From Kiritimatiella glycovorans (GTDB taxonomy: Bacteria; Verrucomicrobiota; Kiritimatiellia; Kiritimatiellales; Kiritimatiellaceae), in assembly GCF_001017655.1 (NCBI RefSeq), contig NZ_CP010904.1, positions 2,790,001 through 2,822,000 on the forward strand: a stretch of 32,000 nucleotides of DNA, given 5' to 3'. This document shows positions 24,326 through 32,000 of this stretch, piece by piece. How positions within the stretch are numbered: position 1 is the first letter of the stretch; each line of letters opens with the position of its first letter. The notes beneath the pieces were generated by a model. It ran no database searches. It worked only from the letters and a program-made list of their open reading frames with translations, and was not told where the DNA came from. The translations under genes were made by a program, and so were the position numbers.

Positions 24326-26026
24326 ATGAGTGATCGACCGAAACGCATTCTCGTGATCGGGGGATCCGCGGCCGGACCCAAGGCGGCGGCGCGCGCGCGA
24401 CGGATGGACCCCCGCGCCGAGGTAACCATCATCCAGAAGTCGCCGGATCTCTCGATGGCCTCGTGCGGCTATCCCTACTATGTGGGCGGGGTATTCGACG
24501 ATCGCAATCAGTTTTTGTGTACGCCGACGGGGGTGGTGCGCGACCCCCGGTTCTTTATGAACACGAAAGGGATCGAGGCGAGGACGCGGACCGAGGCCCT
24601 GGAAATCGACCGCGAACGCAAGGTCGTGTTGTGCCGCGATCTGGAACAGGGCACGGACAGCGAGGTGCCCTACGACAAGCTGGTGCTGGCGACGGGCGCA
24701 CGCCCCGTCATGCCCCCGGTTCCGGGCACCGAGCTCAAAGGCATCACGACGCTGCAGTCCATGGAGGACGCCGATTATTTGCGCCGCGTTCGGGATGAAG
24801 GCACGATCCGCAACGCCGTCGTCGTCGGAGGGGGGCTGATCGGTGTCGAAACCTGTGAGGCCCTGGAACTCGCCGGCATCCATATCACGGTCGTCGAAAT
24901 GCTTCCGCAGATCCTGATGTTCCTCGACTGGGAGTTGGCGAAACTGCTCGAGAATCACATGAAGGCGAAGGGCGCGCACGTGATCACCGAAAACCCGGTC
25001 TCCGCTTTTCTCGGAGAGAACGGCACGCTTACCGGAGTGAAGCTCGCCAACGGGACGGAACTACCGTGCGAGCTGGCCGTGGTCGCCGCCGGGGTGCGTC
25101 CGAATGTGGATCTCGCACGGGCCGCAGGGCTCGATATCGGGGAGGCGGGAGGAATCTCGGTCGATCCGTCGATGCGGACCTCGGATCCGGACATCTACGC
25201 GGCCGGCGACTGTGTGGAGATTCCGAATCTGCTGACGGGGAAAAAGGTACATGCCCCCTACGGGGATCTGGCGAACCTGCAGGGGCGCGTGATCGGAACG
25301 AACATCACCGATGCGGGTGAAGCGGTCTTCCCCGGTACGATCCAGACGGGGGTCTGCAAGGTCTTCGACTACACGGCGGGGGCGACGGGGCTCTCGGAGC
25401 GCCATGCGCGTGCGGCGGGGTTCGATGTCGTTTCGGTCGTGCACGCCGAGCCCGATAAGCCGGGCTTCATGGGCGCGGCGCTTGTGGTGATCAAGATGGT
25501 CGCAGAGCGCGGCTCGGGCCGGTTGCTCGGAGTCCAGTGTGTGGGCCCCGGCGATGTGAGTAAGCGGATCGCTACGGCGGCCATGGCCTTGCACGGCGGG
25601 TTGACGGTCGACGATCTGACCGTCGCCGATCTGCCCTACGCGCCGCCGTTCTCCCCTGCGGTCGACAACCTGATCGCCTGTGCGCACACTCTGCAGAACA
25701 AGATGGCGGGGTTCATGGACGGGATCTCCTGCCGCGAGGTGAAGGAGAAGGTCGATCGGGGCGACGAGGCCTTCATCCTGGATACACGCGGGCCGGACGA
25801 ATACGAGCTGATGCGGCTTGGTATCGGGGAAGTTCTGATTCCGCTCGGCGCGCTCCGCGGCCGCATGGACGAGCTTCCGGCGGACAAGGATCACGAGATC
25901 ATCTGCTTCTGCAAAATCTCGCTGCGCGGATACGAGGCGGCCCGGTTGCTGCAGGCCCACGGCTGGACGAAGGTCAAGGTGATGGAGGGCGGTGTGATGG
26001 CCTGGCCCTTCGCGCGGGAGAAGTGA
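24326..26026 (+). CDS. CoA-disulfide reductase-like FAD/NAD(P)H oxidoreductase fused to a C-terminal rhodanese domain (CoADR-RHD / persulfide reductase-like)
   Basis: N-terminal KRILVIGGSAAGPKAAARA is the FAD-binding motif. SMASCGYPYY is a Cdr/Nox-type redox Cys motif, compare SFANCGLPYY. AVVVGGGLIGVE is the NAD-binding motif. The C-terminal rhodanese loop is IICFCKISLRGYEAARLL (C-x5-R). Confidence 0.85.
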   Translation: MSDRPKRILVIGGSAAGPKAAARARRMDPRAEVTIIQKSPDLSMASCGYPYYVGGVFDDRNQFLCTPTGVVRDPRFFMNTKGIEARTRTEALEIDRERKVVLCRDLEQGTDSEVPYDKLVLATGARPVMPPVPGTELKGITTLQSMEDADYLRRVRDEGTIRNAVVVGGGLIGVETCEALELAGIHITVVEMLPQILMFLDWELAKLLENHMKAKGAHVITENPVSAFLGENGTLTGVKLANGTELPCELAVVAAGVRPNVDLARAAGLDIGEAGGISVDPSMRTSDPDIYAAGDCVEIPNLLTGKKVHAPYGDLANLQGRVIGTNITDAGEAVFPGTIQTGVCKVFDYTAGATGLSERHARAAGFDVVSVVHAEPDKPGFMGAALVVIKMVAERGSGRLLGVQCVGPGDVSKRIATAAMALHGGLTVDDLTVADLPYAPPFSPAVDNLIACAHTLQNKMAGFMDGISCREVKEKVDRGDEAFILDTRGPDEYELMRLGIGEVLIPLGALRGRMDELPADKDHEIICFCKISLRGYEAARLLQAHGWTKVKVMEGGVMAWPFAREK

Positions 26027-26045
26027 GCGCGGCCCGGACCGCCAT

Positions 26046-26834
26046 TCAGAACGGCTTGAATACCGAGTCGTCCTCCGGCCCGAACCAGCCCAGGGCATGT
26101 TCGCGGTGGGCCCCGCCGGAAAGGTCGTTCATGCGTTCCCCGGTGATGTGCCCGTCGCACCAGAGCACATGGGCCCGGCCCGCGTGGCGAAAATGGATCG
26201 AGGGCTGAAGACTCACCCCGAAGGTGGGTTCGCGGCTCGGTTCGGCGAAGGAGTACTCGATCAGCTCGCCCTGTTTGAGGAAGGCGCAGTCGGCGAACAT
26301 CAGGGTAGACGCCGGTTCCCGTATCGCATGGGGCGGCATGCCGCGCGCCCAGGGCTCCGCCTCGAAGTCGTAAAACCCGTTTGAACTCAGAAAATACCGC
26401 GAGCCGACGCCGTATTGATTATAGCCGTACCCCCCGCCCCCCGACTCAAAGCTCGGATTCCACTGTCCTTCGGCCCGGTGTCCTTCGAACGACGGGCAAT
26501 CGCGGACCACGCCCCCCTGGCCGAGATACGGCGCCAGCGGTCCGCGGCCCGGAATGAAATCGCTATTGCGGTTCGGACGCCACCCGTGCCAGCGCCAGCA
26601 GTCGCCGTGCTCGCCCCACATGTCCGCGGCGGCGGGGACATAAGACTGGTGGTCGGCGGCGTACATGGCATTCGCCGAATACAGGACCCGCAGGTTGGCC
26701 TGACAGCGCGAGCTTCGGGCGTATTCGAGCAGCCGTGCTGCGGCGGGGCCGAGCAGCGTGATCAGCAGAATCACAAGCGTCAGTACCACCAGCAGTTCAA
26801 TGAGCGTGAAGCCCCTTGAGGTATCGCGATTCAT
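26046..26834 (-). CDS. prepilin-type N-terminal cleavage/methylation domain protein, DUF1559 (H-X9-DG) family
   Basis: RGFTLIELLVVLTLVILLITLL is a type IV pilin-like leader/helix. The C-terminal HAGRAHVLWCDGH is the H-X9-DG motif. The start is at the ATG at 26834, 4 bp after the upstream gene's stop. Confidence 0.85.
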   Translation of the reverse strand: MNRDTSRGFTLIELLVVLTLVILLITLLGPAAARLLEYARSSRCQANLRVLYSANAMYAADHQSYVPAAADMWGEHGDCWRWHGWRPNRNSDFIPGRGPLAPYLGQGGVVRDCPSFEGHRAEGQWNPSFESGGGGYGYNQYGVGSRYFLSSNGFYDFEAEPWARGMPPHAIREPASTLMFADCAFLKQGELIEYSFAEPSREPTFGVSLQPSIHFRHAGRAHVLWCDGHITGERMNDLSGGAHREHALGWFGPEDDSVFKPF

Positions 26835-26838
26835 AAGA

Positions 26839-28623
26839 TCAGGGAATCCCGATCTGAACCCGGTAATAGACCGGGGGTCCGGATTCCGGCAGCGCGATCT
26901 CCGCCGGTTCGCCCGTTCCATAACAGCGGACGGTTTCGGACCAGTCGTTCAGATCGGTACTGCCGTAGATGATGTATTCGCGGTAGCGCATCGTGTCAAA
27001 GAGGAGCGTCCCCGCGGTGCCGTCACGGGTCCAGCCGGAGACGCGGAAGAGCGTGGGCGTCGGGTTGGTCGGCGAGGTTCCCGCCACGTACTCTTGCCAC
27101 GCGGCCCAGCCGTCATGATCCGTATCGGACGCCGCGGCGGTCTCCCGATCGCCGTCCAGCCCGTTCTCGTCGAGCCACGCCACCGGAACGCCGTTCGACG
27201 TCGCCGCGCCTTCGCAGGCGAAGTGGGCAACGAGGGCCATGTCGTTGCTGACGGTGACCGAACAGAGCGCGTTCGAAGGATCGGCCCCACCCGGCAGATC
27301 ACCGCTCCAGTGTGAGAAGCGCGCGTAGGGCCCCGCCGACGCCGTGAGCGCCACAACCGACCCGTAGGCGTGGGATCCTCCGCCGGGCGTGACCTCGCCC
27401 GCGCCCTCGATCGCGACGGTCAATCGATGCCGGTCGGGCGCGAAGTCCGCCTCGAGGGTGTGGGTGTCGCCGACGACGTTCGTAAAGGTGTACGCGGTCA
27501 GATTCGTCCCGAACGAAACCCCGTCGACGCGCAGGTCTTCGAGATGGTAATGCGGGTCGGGCTGAATGGAGAACGCCCGGTCCGCGCCGTTCGAGACGGC
27601 GACTTTGCCCGCCGGCACCCCATAGGGATGGATATAACCGCCCTTGTTGAAAGTGACCGCGATGTGGTGCCAGCCCCGGGCGTGGATGGCCCCCACCGCA
27701 TCAAGATCGAATCCCCCCGATCCCCAGGTATGCCAGGCATCGTATACGGGATGATGGCCGGGGTAGGGATTTCCGGTTTCGGGATCCGTCAGCGAAGAGG
27801 CTTCATCATAAAAATCACCGGATCCAGGGATATCGACGATTCGTATATGGGTGATCGCGTTCAAATCGATCGTGGCCCCATAAGTCGTGGTGATCACGCC
27901 ATCGGAATAGGATGCACAGGCGGCACTGTTGGTCAGACTCGACAGGTCGAAGGGGGTTCCCCAGCTCTTATCGTAGGCGTTGCCGTGTTTGCCCGCGAGG
28001 TTGTACACGTTCTGACCCTGGAGTCCTCCGTATTCCCCTACGGGAGAGGAGGTCAGCGAGACGCTGGGAAAGCGCAGGAAATCGACGCCGTCCGACGAAA
28101 CCTCCACATAGGCAAGCTCGGCAAAAAACGCGGCATTGGAGATGTTGACGAAGCCGTTTTCAAAGACCGCGAAATCCTGTCCCTCTCCGTCGAAGATCGG
28201 GGCATCGAAGAGCAGCACGATCGACCCCGGGGGATCGCCCGCATTGATCGCCTCCTGATCGAGATCCCCCAGGGAGACCACCTCGACGGGATTAGCGTGA
28301 TCTCCGGAAACGGGGCCTTCAGCCGCGGAGGGATTCGAAAACCCCTCCCCGCCGTCGCAACGATAATAATGGGTAGCCGCCGAACACCAGCCCGCAAAGG
28401 CGGCGTTGACGTAGTTATGGGTGTTCGCGCCGTTAAGATTTGCCGCGCCATCGCCATCGATTCCGACAAAGCCGGGCACCCCCGGATCGATCGGAGGAGT
28501 GTCTCCGGGACCCTTTGTGCCGAGGGGATAGGAATAGGGGCCGGCCACGCTTTCCGCTGCGGCACAAGAAAGCAGTGCGATCAGAAGAAGGGCGAGCGGC
28601 GTTTTTGAGGATCGGTTCATCAT
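26839..28623 (-). CDS. large secreted protein with InlB-B-repeat-like Ig modules and a C-terminal D-x-D-x-D / EY-AGT-P motif
   Basis: Signal peptide MMNRSSKTPLALLLIALLSCAAA. Beta-rich repeats (HYHLEDLRVDGVSFGTNLTAYTFTNVVGDTHTLEADF; RLTVAIEGAGEVTPGGGSHAYGSVVALTASAGPYARFSHWSGDL) resemble bacterial InlB-B-type repeat domains. DTDHDGWAAWQEYVAGTSPTNP resembles thrombospondin-type-3-like Ca-binding linkers. The N-terminal ~300 aa were not recognised. Confidence 0.65.
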   Translation of the reverse strand: MMNRSSKTPLALLLIALLSCAAAESVAGPYSYPLGTKGPGDTPPIDPGVPGFVGIDGDGAANLNGANTHNYVNAAFAGWCSAATHYYRCDGGEGFSNPSAAEGPVSGDHANPVEVVSLGDLDQEAINAGDPPGSIVLLFDAPIFDGEGQDFAVFENGFVNISNAAFFAELAYVEVSSDGVDFLRFPSVSLTSSPVGEYGGLQGQNVYNLAGKHGNAYDKSWGTPFDLSSLTNSAACASYSDGVITTTYGATIDLNAITHIRIVDIPGSGDFYDEASSLTDPETGNPYPGHHPVYDAWHTWGSGGFDLDAVGAIHARGWHHIAVTFNKGGYIHPYGVPAGKVAVSNGADRAFSIQPDPHYHLEDLRVDGVSFGTNLTAYTFTNVVGDTHTLEADFAPDRHRLTVAIEGAGEVTPGGGSHAYGSVVALTASAGPYARFSHWSGDLPGGADPSNALCSVTVSNDMALVAHFACEGAATSNGVPVAWLDENGLDGDRETAAASDTDHDGWAAWQEYVAGTSPTNPTPTLFRVSGWTRDGTAGTLLFDTMRYREYIIYGSTDLNDWSETVRCYGTGEPAEIALPESGPPVYYRVQIGIP

Positions 28624-28635
28624 GGAGCAGGGGCT

Positions 28636-28669
28636 TCGCGGGGCGCTCCCTGAAAGAAGCGCCCCGCGA
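28636..28669 (-). other. 12-bp perfect GC-rich stem-loop between the PEP-CTERM ORF stop and the next start codon
   Basis: tcgcggggcgct (28636-28647) pairs with agcgccccgcga (28658-28669), leaving a 10-nt loop. On the transcribed (minus) strand it ends 13 nt before the ATG at 28623. No U-tract follows. Confidence 0.6.
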
Positions 28670-28684
28670 GGTTGATGCGCTGGA

Positions 28685-29944
28685 TCAGCGTCGGAGGATG
28701 TTATCGAAGGCGAGCAGAACCGTCCCCAACGGATCCACCGTATGCATCTTCCGGACGAACCGGTCCATCCCCAACGGATCCACCGTATGCATCTTCCGGA
28801 CGAACCGGTCCATGCGTTCCATCCACGCGGTGGCTTCCACGCGCGGACGCTCCGTGATTCCGGCCGTCGCGGGGACGAGCCCGGAGGTGGCGGAGTGGCC
28901 GGCCATCACGCGTCGCGCACGGGCAAAGCGGCGCCGGCGCAGGGCGAGAATCCCGCCCATGCCCGGAAGCAGGAGCAGCATGGTCGCCGGTTCAGGCACC
29001 GCACCCACCTCGGCAAAGCCGTACATCACGTCAACACCGGGATCCGAGCCATCCGCGCTGGCGAACCCTACGTAATTCGACCCGCCATACGAAAACGTAT
29101 CCGCAAGATACGCGGTCGTGTCATACCCGGGGGTCCAGGTGTAGAAGCTTTCGCTGTCCTGGTCATAGCACTTCAGGCCGGTATGGCCCCAGCCCGCGCC
29201 CCAGAGCACCCCGTCGGCATCAACGGCCAGCGAACCGATATCGCCGCCCAGGCCGAAATCGCAAATCAGTTCCCCGTCCGTGATCTCCAGTGCATCGCCG
29301 CTGATGGCTCCGCTGATCTGTGCGGCCGTGAACTTGTAGACCCGTCCGTCATCATTATCGCCCACATAGAGGTTCCCGAGGCTGTCTTTGGTGAACCCGC
29401 AGCTGTATTGGGAGTAGTCGTTAATGATGACCTTACTGGTCGAACCATCCAGCGCGACATACATCAGGTTGTTGCTGAACCCGCCAAATCCGTTGGTGTA
29501 TTCGTTGCCGTTGGCGCCGGCGATGTACATGCTGGTTTCGTCATGGAATACGCCTCTATACCCCTGAAGGGTGAAGGAGCCTGACGAGAACGCGGTCCCC
29601 GTATCACTCGGATCAAAACTCACCAGGGCACTGGCGCCCCAGCCTCCCTTGCCGAGGACCGCGGTGTCCGCATCATACGTCGTGATAAACGCGGGATCGG
29701 TTCCGGCGACCGGGCTGTTGTCGTACTCCGTATACGAGGATCCGCCGAAGGCATCCTGCACATACAGGTTGCCGTGGTCGCCATAGATAAACTGACCACT
29801 CGTGGTGTGGCCCAGCGCCCACGTATTGAACAAGCCGGCATTGTCCGGCAGGGTATAGGTCGTCCAGGTTTCGGCCATGGACGTCGCCGCGACCGCCAGA
29901 AGCAGCGCGACGGTGAGTACACGGGTAAGTCCGTGTCCTTTCAT
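28685..29944 (-). CDS. PEP-CTERM domain protein (beta-propeller-like ectodomain) with an anomalous ~75-aa extension beyond the sorting signal
   Basis: Signal peptide from the ATG at 29944 (MKGHGLTRVLTVALLLAVAATSMA), with gaggagag RBS upstream. The beta-rich Gly/Asp/Tyr ectodomain is followed by VPEPATMLLLLPGMGGILALRRRR, the PEP motif plus TM helix plus Arg cluster. The ORF then continues to the stop at 28685. Confidence 0.8.
   Translation of the reverse strand: MKGHGLTRVLTVALLLAVAATSMAETWTTYTLPDNAGLFNTWALGHTTSGQFIYGDHGNLYVQDAFGGSSYTEYDNSPVAGTDPAFITTYDADTAVLGKGGWGASALVSFDPSDTGTAFSSGSFTLQGYRGVFHDETSMYIAGANGNEYTNGFGGFSNNLMYVALDGSTSKVIINDYSQYSCGFTKDSLGNLYVGDNDDGRVYKFTAAQISGAISGDALEITDGELICDFGLGGDIGSLAVDADGVLWGAGWGHTGLKCYDQDSESFYTWTPGYDTTAYLADTFSYGGSNYVGFASADGSDPGVDVMYGFAEVGAVPEPATMLLLLPGMGGILALRRRRFARARRVMAGHSATSGLVPATAGITERPRVEATAWMERMDRFVRKMHTVDPLGMDRFVRKMHTVDPLGTVLLAFDNILRR
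28724..28813. repeat. perfect 45-bp tandem duplication
   Basis: ccccaacggatccaccgtatgcatcttccggacgaaccggtccat occurs at 28724-28768 and again at 28769-28813 with no mismatch. It translates on the minus strand as MDRFVRKMHTVDPLG x2. Confidence 0.95.
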
Positions 29945-30256
29945 GTCTTCTCTCCTCAGTTGGTGGGGCCCTAACGCGGAACCCCGGTCCATTACACGGT
30001 GAGCCCCGGACGCGGAAGAGGAGAGACGACAGACGGTCAGGCCTGCGGTCTCACCCCGTACGCGAGGGAGAGCACCACTACACAGGTTCCCGGAGGTCGT
30101 TTTCCGGCTCGCGGGGTCAGTTCTCCCCGCACACGGTTGCGCGACAGCGTCCGATTTTCACGGAACTTGCCGACCTTCCGGCAACCGGGAGACCGTAGGC
30201 TTCCGCACGGCAGGTGTCAAGGGGTTCGAATTTTTTTTTTGGACTTACCCCAGTTT

Positions 30257-31357
30257 TCAGCCGAACCCCGGAAACCACGTTTGCGGGAAGCTTGAGACAG
30301 GAGGCGAACGGGGATGCGGGCTGCGCGATGCGCCGATGCGGGAGAGAAGAGCGGCGATGCCATCGGCGAGCGCGTAATAGTGGAACTCTGCGATACCGAA
30401 GAAGCGTTTTGAGGCCTTGATGGCATAGGCCGAGAGAACGGCCCGTTTTACCGAGCTGCCCAGCCAGACCGCCGAGAAGTAGATCGCGGCAAGCACGAGC
30501 GCCATCATGTTCTGGAGGCGCTGGTACGAGAGGACGCGGACGTCTTCGAGCTTGTAGCTCTGCTTGATAAAGCGGAGGGCGTCTTCTACGAGCCAGCGTG
30601 AAATATAGCCCTCAACGATGAACCATATCGACTTGCGGCTCTTCGTCACCTCTTCGGTGGTCAGCAGCATCATGGGCTTCCGGCCAAAGCCTTTGACCAC
30701 GATCAGGTAAAGCCAGGGTTTCTTCCCCGGCATCCTGACTCGCCGGAAACCGTACTCGATCTGATAAGTCTTCTCGCCTTCGCGAGTCTCTTTGACGAGC
30801 TGATCGCGATAGAGCATGGGGCAACTCTCCGCCAGATCCAGGGCCCGGCTGTTCTTGCCGCGATAGCGCAGATGGCGGCTGCCCGTCAGCCTGATGATAA
30901 ATCGCCAATGATTACGGAGAAGGTGGTTATAGATCTTGCAGCGGTCGCCGCCGCGGTCGATCACGTAGATGCCTCGTCTAGAGACCGCCCGGCTGATCAT
31001 GTTGATGATCTCCCGCAACTGGTGGTTCTCGCTGATAAAGTCCGGAGCTTCGGCCGACCACAGGCGATGATGCAGCGGCAGCATGCGGCGCTTGCCCACT
31101 TCACAGGCCACGGCCAGGCAGCTCCAGTACCCGTTGACGATCTGCCCCGTGCTGCCGTCACGCACCCGGCCAAGAAAGGGCATCGCTTCGGCGTAGTTCT
31201 TCCGGATATCACTCGGGTCCAGAATGATCAGCGTGTCTTTGTGTATCTTGCGCGAGGCGGAGGATGCGATCTCTTTGATTTTTTGGTTCTTTCTCGAATT
31301 TTGTGGATGAAAGCGTGAGACATCGCCCCAGATCTGCGCAAATGGTTGTGAACGCAA
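30257..31357 (-). mobile_element. IS4-family-like DDE transposase ORF (DDE_Tnp_1 type), probably N-terminally truncated
   Basis: ILDPSD ... YVIDRGGD ... GYISRWLVEDALRFIKQ match a Y-x2-R-x3-E-x6-K signature. The ORF opens on TTG immediately after an in-frame stop, with only ~45 aa before the first Asp. The region looks less GC-rich than its surroundings by eye. Confidence 0.7.
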
Positions 31358-31379
31358 TCATATACAGCAGGAGGAAGCG

Positions 31380-32000
31380 ATGTCTCAGAAGTCATTGTTC
31401 ACAGATTTGCTCGGGATTCAAGGATGGGGCGTAGTCGCCGGTGGAATTCGTATCGAGGAAGATGGCAGTGTGACGGTTCGAATCGATCGACGCAGTGTTG
31501 GTTACAGCTGTGGTCAGTGCGGGGAGGGGCTGTTGTTCACATACGACACGCAGCCACCGCGACGGATCCGGGACTTCCCGATCTGGGGCCGACAGTGCTA
31601 CTTGGAAGTCGAGTTCGTCCGTGTGGATTGCCCTCGTTGCGGCGTGGTCATCGAGGGCTTGGACTGGGTTGAACGGTATGCTCGCCAGACCGTCCGTTAT
31701 GAGAAGTACGTGGCAGGCTTGTGCGATCTGCTGCCAGTCAGCGATGTGGCCGCCCTGGAGGGCCTGAGTAAAGATGCCGTTTACCGAATGGACAAGAAGT
31801 GGCTGCAACGGCGTGATGCCAAGCGAGAGGAGCGCACGGTGCGATATCTGGGGATCGATGAGATCTCGCTGCGCAAGGGGCACCGCTACGCCACGGTTTT
31901 CTATGACTTGGAGCGCAAGGAGGTGATCGGCTTGGTAAAGACACGCAAGGAGCGCGCTGTGGGCGGGTTCTTCCGCTGCTTCGGTCGCAAGCGCTGCAAG
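31380..32000 (+). CDS. ISL3-family transposase, 3' end outside window (not in the supplied ORF track because it has no stop in the window)
   Basis: My own translation from the ATG at 31380 (RBS gcaggagga upstream) gives MSQKSLFTDLLGIQGWGVV...YSCGQCG...VDCPRCGVV (zf-ISL3) ...YEKYVAGLCDLLPVSDVAALEGLSKDAVYRMDKKW (HTH) ...RYLGIDEISLRKGHRYATVFYDLE (start of the DDE domain). The frame stays open to base 32000. Confidence 0.85.
   Translation, partial: MSQKSLFTDLLGIQGWGVVAGGIRIEEDGSVTVRIDRRSVGYSCGQCGEGLLFTYDTQPPRRIRDFPIWGRQCYLEVEFVRVDCPRCGVVIEGLDWVERYARQTVRYEKYVAGLCDLLPVSDVAALEGLSKDAVYRMDKKWLQRRDAKREERTVRYLGIDEISLRKGHRYATVFYDLERKEVIGLVKTRKERAVGGFFRCFGRKRCK

Noticed and set aside
29993-30216. Riboswitch (e.g. 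c-di-GMP class) in the long leader upstream of the PEP-CTERM gene
   Set aside because: I could not match the conserved cores of the GEMM-I or GEMM-II classes by eye. A cmscan against Rfam would be needed, so no call is made.
30150-30240. tRNA or tmRNA gene suggested by ggggttcgaat
   Set aside because: The T-loop-like word is followed by T10, so no complementary T-stem or acceptor stem/CCA can form. No anticodon arm could be built upstream.
31392-31944. 163-aa and 68-aa minus-strand ORFs at the window end
   Set aside because: They are antisense to the clearly recognisable ISL3 transposase reading frame that starts at 31380.

Overview
GC-rich bacterial chromosomal window. The gene content suggests a PVC-superphylum organism (Verrucomicrobiota/Kiritimatiellota/Planctomycetota-like); this is inference only, based on a DUF1559 H-X9-DG prepilin-like protein, a PEP-CTERM protein and Tat-signal sulfatases. 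Bases 1-10.2 kb are mostly housekeeping: cdsA (5' partial), rseP, a D-aminoacylase-family hydrolase, a MurNAc-L-Ala amidase, a TPR protein, ferritin and mutY. Bases 10.1-21.8 kb look like a sulfated-glycan utilisation locus: lipoprotein plus PKD/(alpha/alpha)6-like protein, a DUF1680/GH127-like protein, an AraC regulator, and an operon of an unknown 415-aa protein with two S1 sulfatases. From tRNA-Ser(UGA) at 22.05 kb the window becomes accessory and mosaic: a frameshifted IS30-family element, a 536-bp mosaic tandem array of two hairpin modules, an ArsR-like regulator with a CoA-disulfide-reductase/rhodanese fusion, a surface-protein operon (PEP-CTERM propeller, large secreted repeat protein, DUF1559 pseudopilin-like), then an IS4-like transposase remnant abutted by an ISL3 transposase running off the window. 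The most unusual signal is non-coding. A family of modular, hairpin-forming intergenic repeats recurs at ~8.7, ~13.3-13.5, ~16.6-17.0 and ~23.4-23.9 kb. One copy sits between 24-bp direct duplications of a sulfatase gene's 3' end and changes its stop codon. No CRISPR array, defence system, retron or DGR could be supported. Many long ORFs in the track are antisense or out-of-frame artefacts of high GC content.
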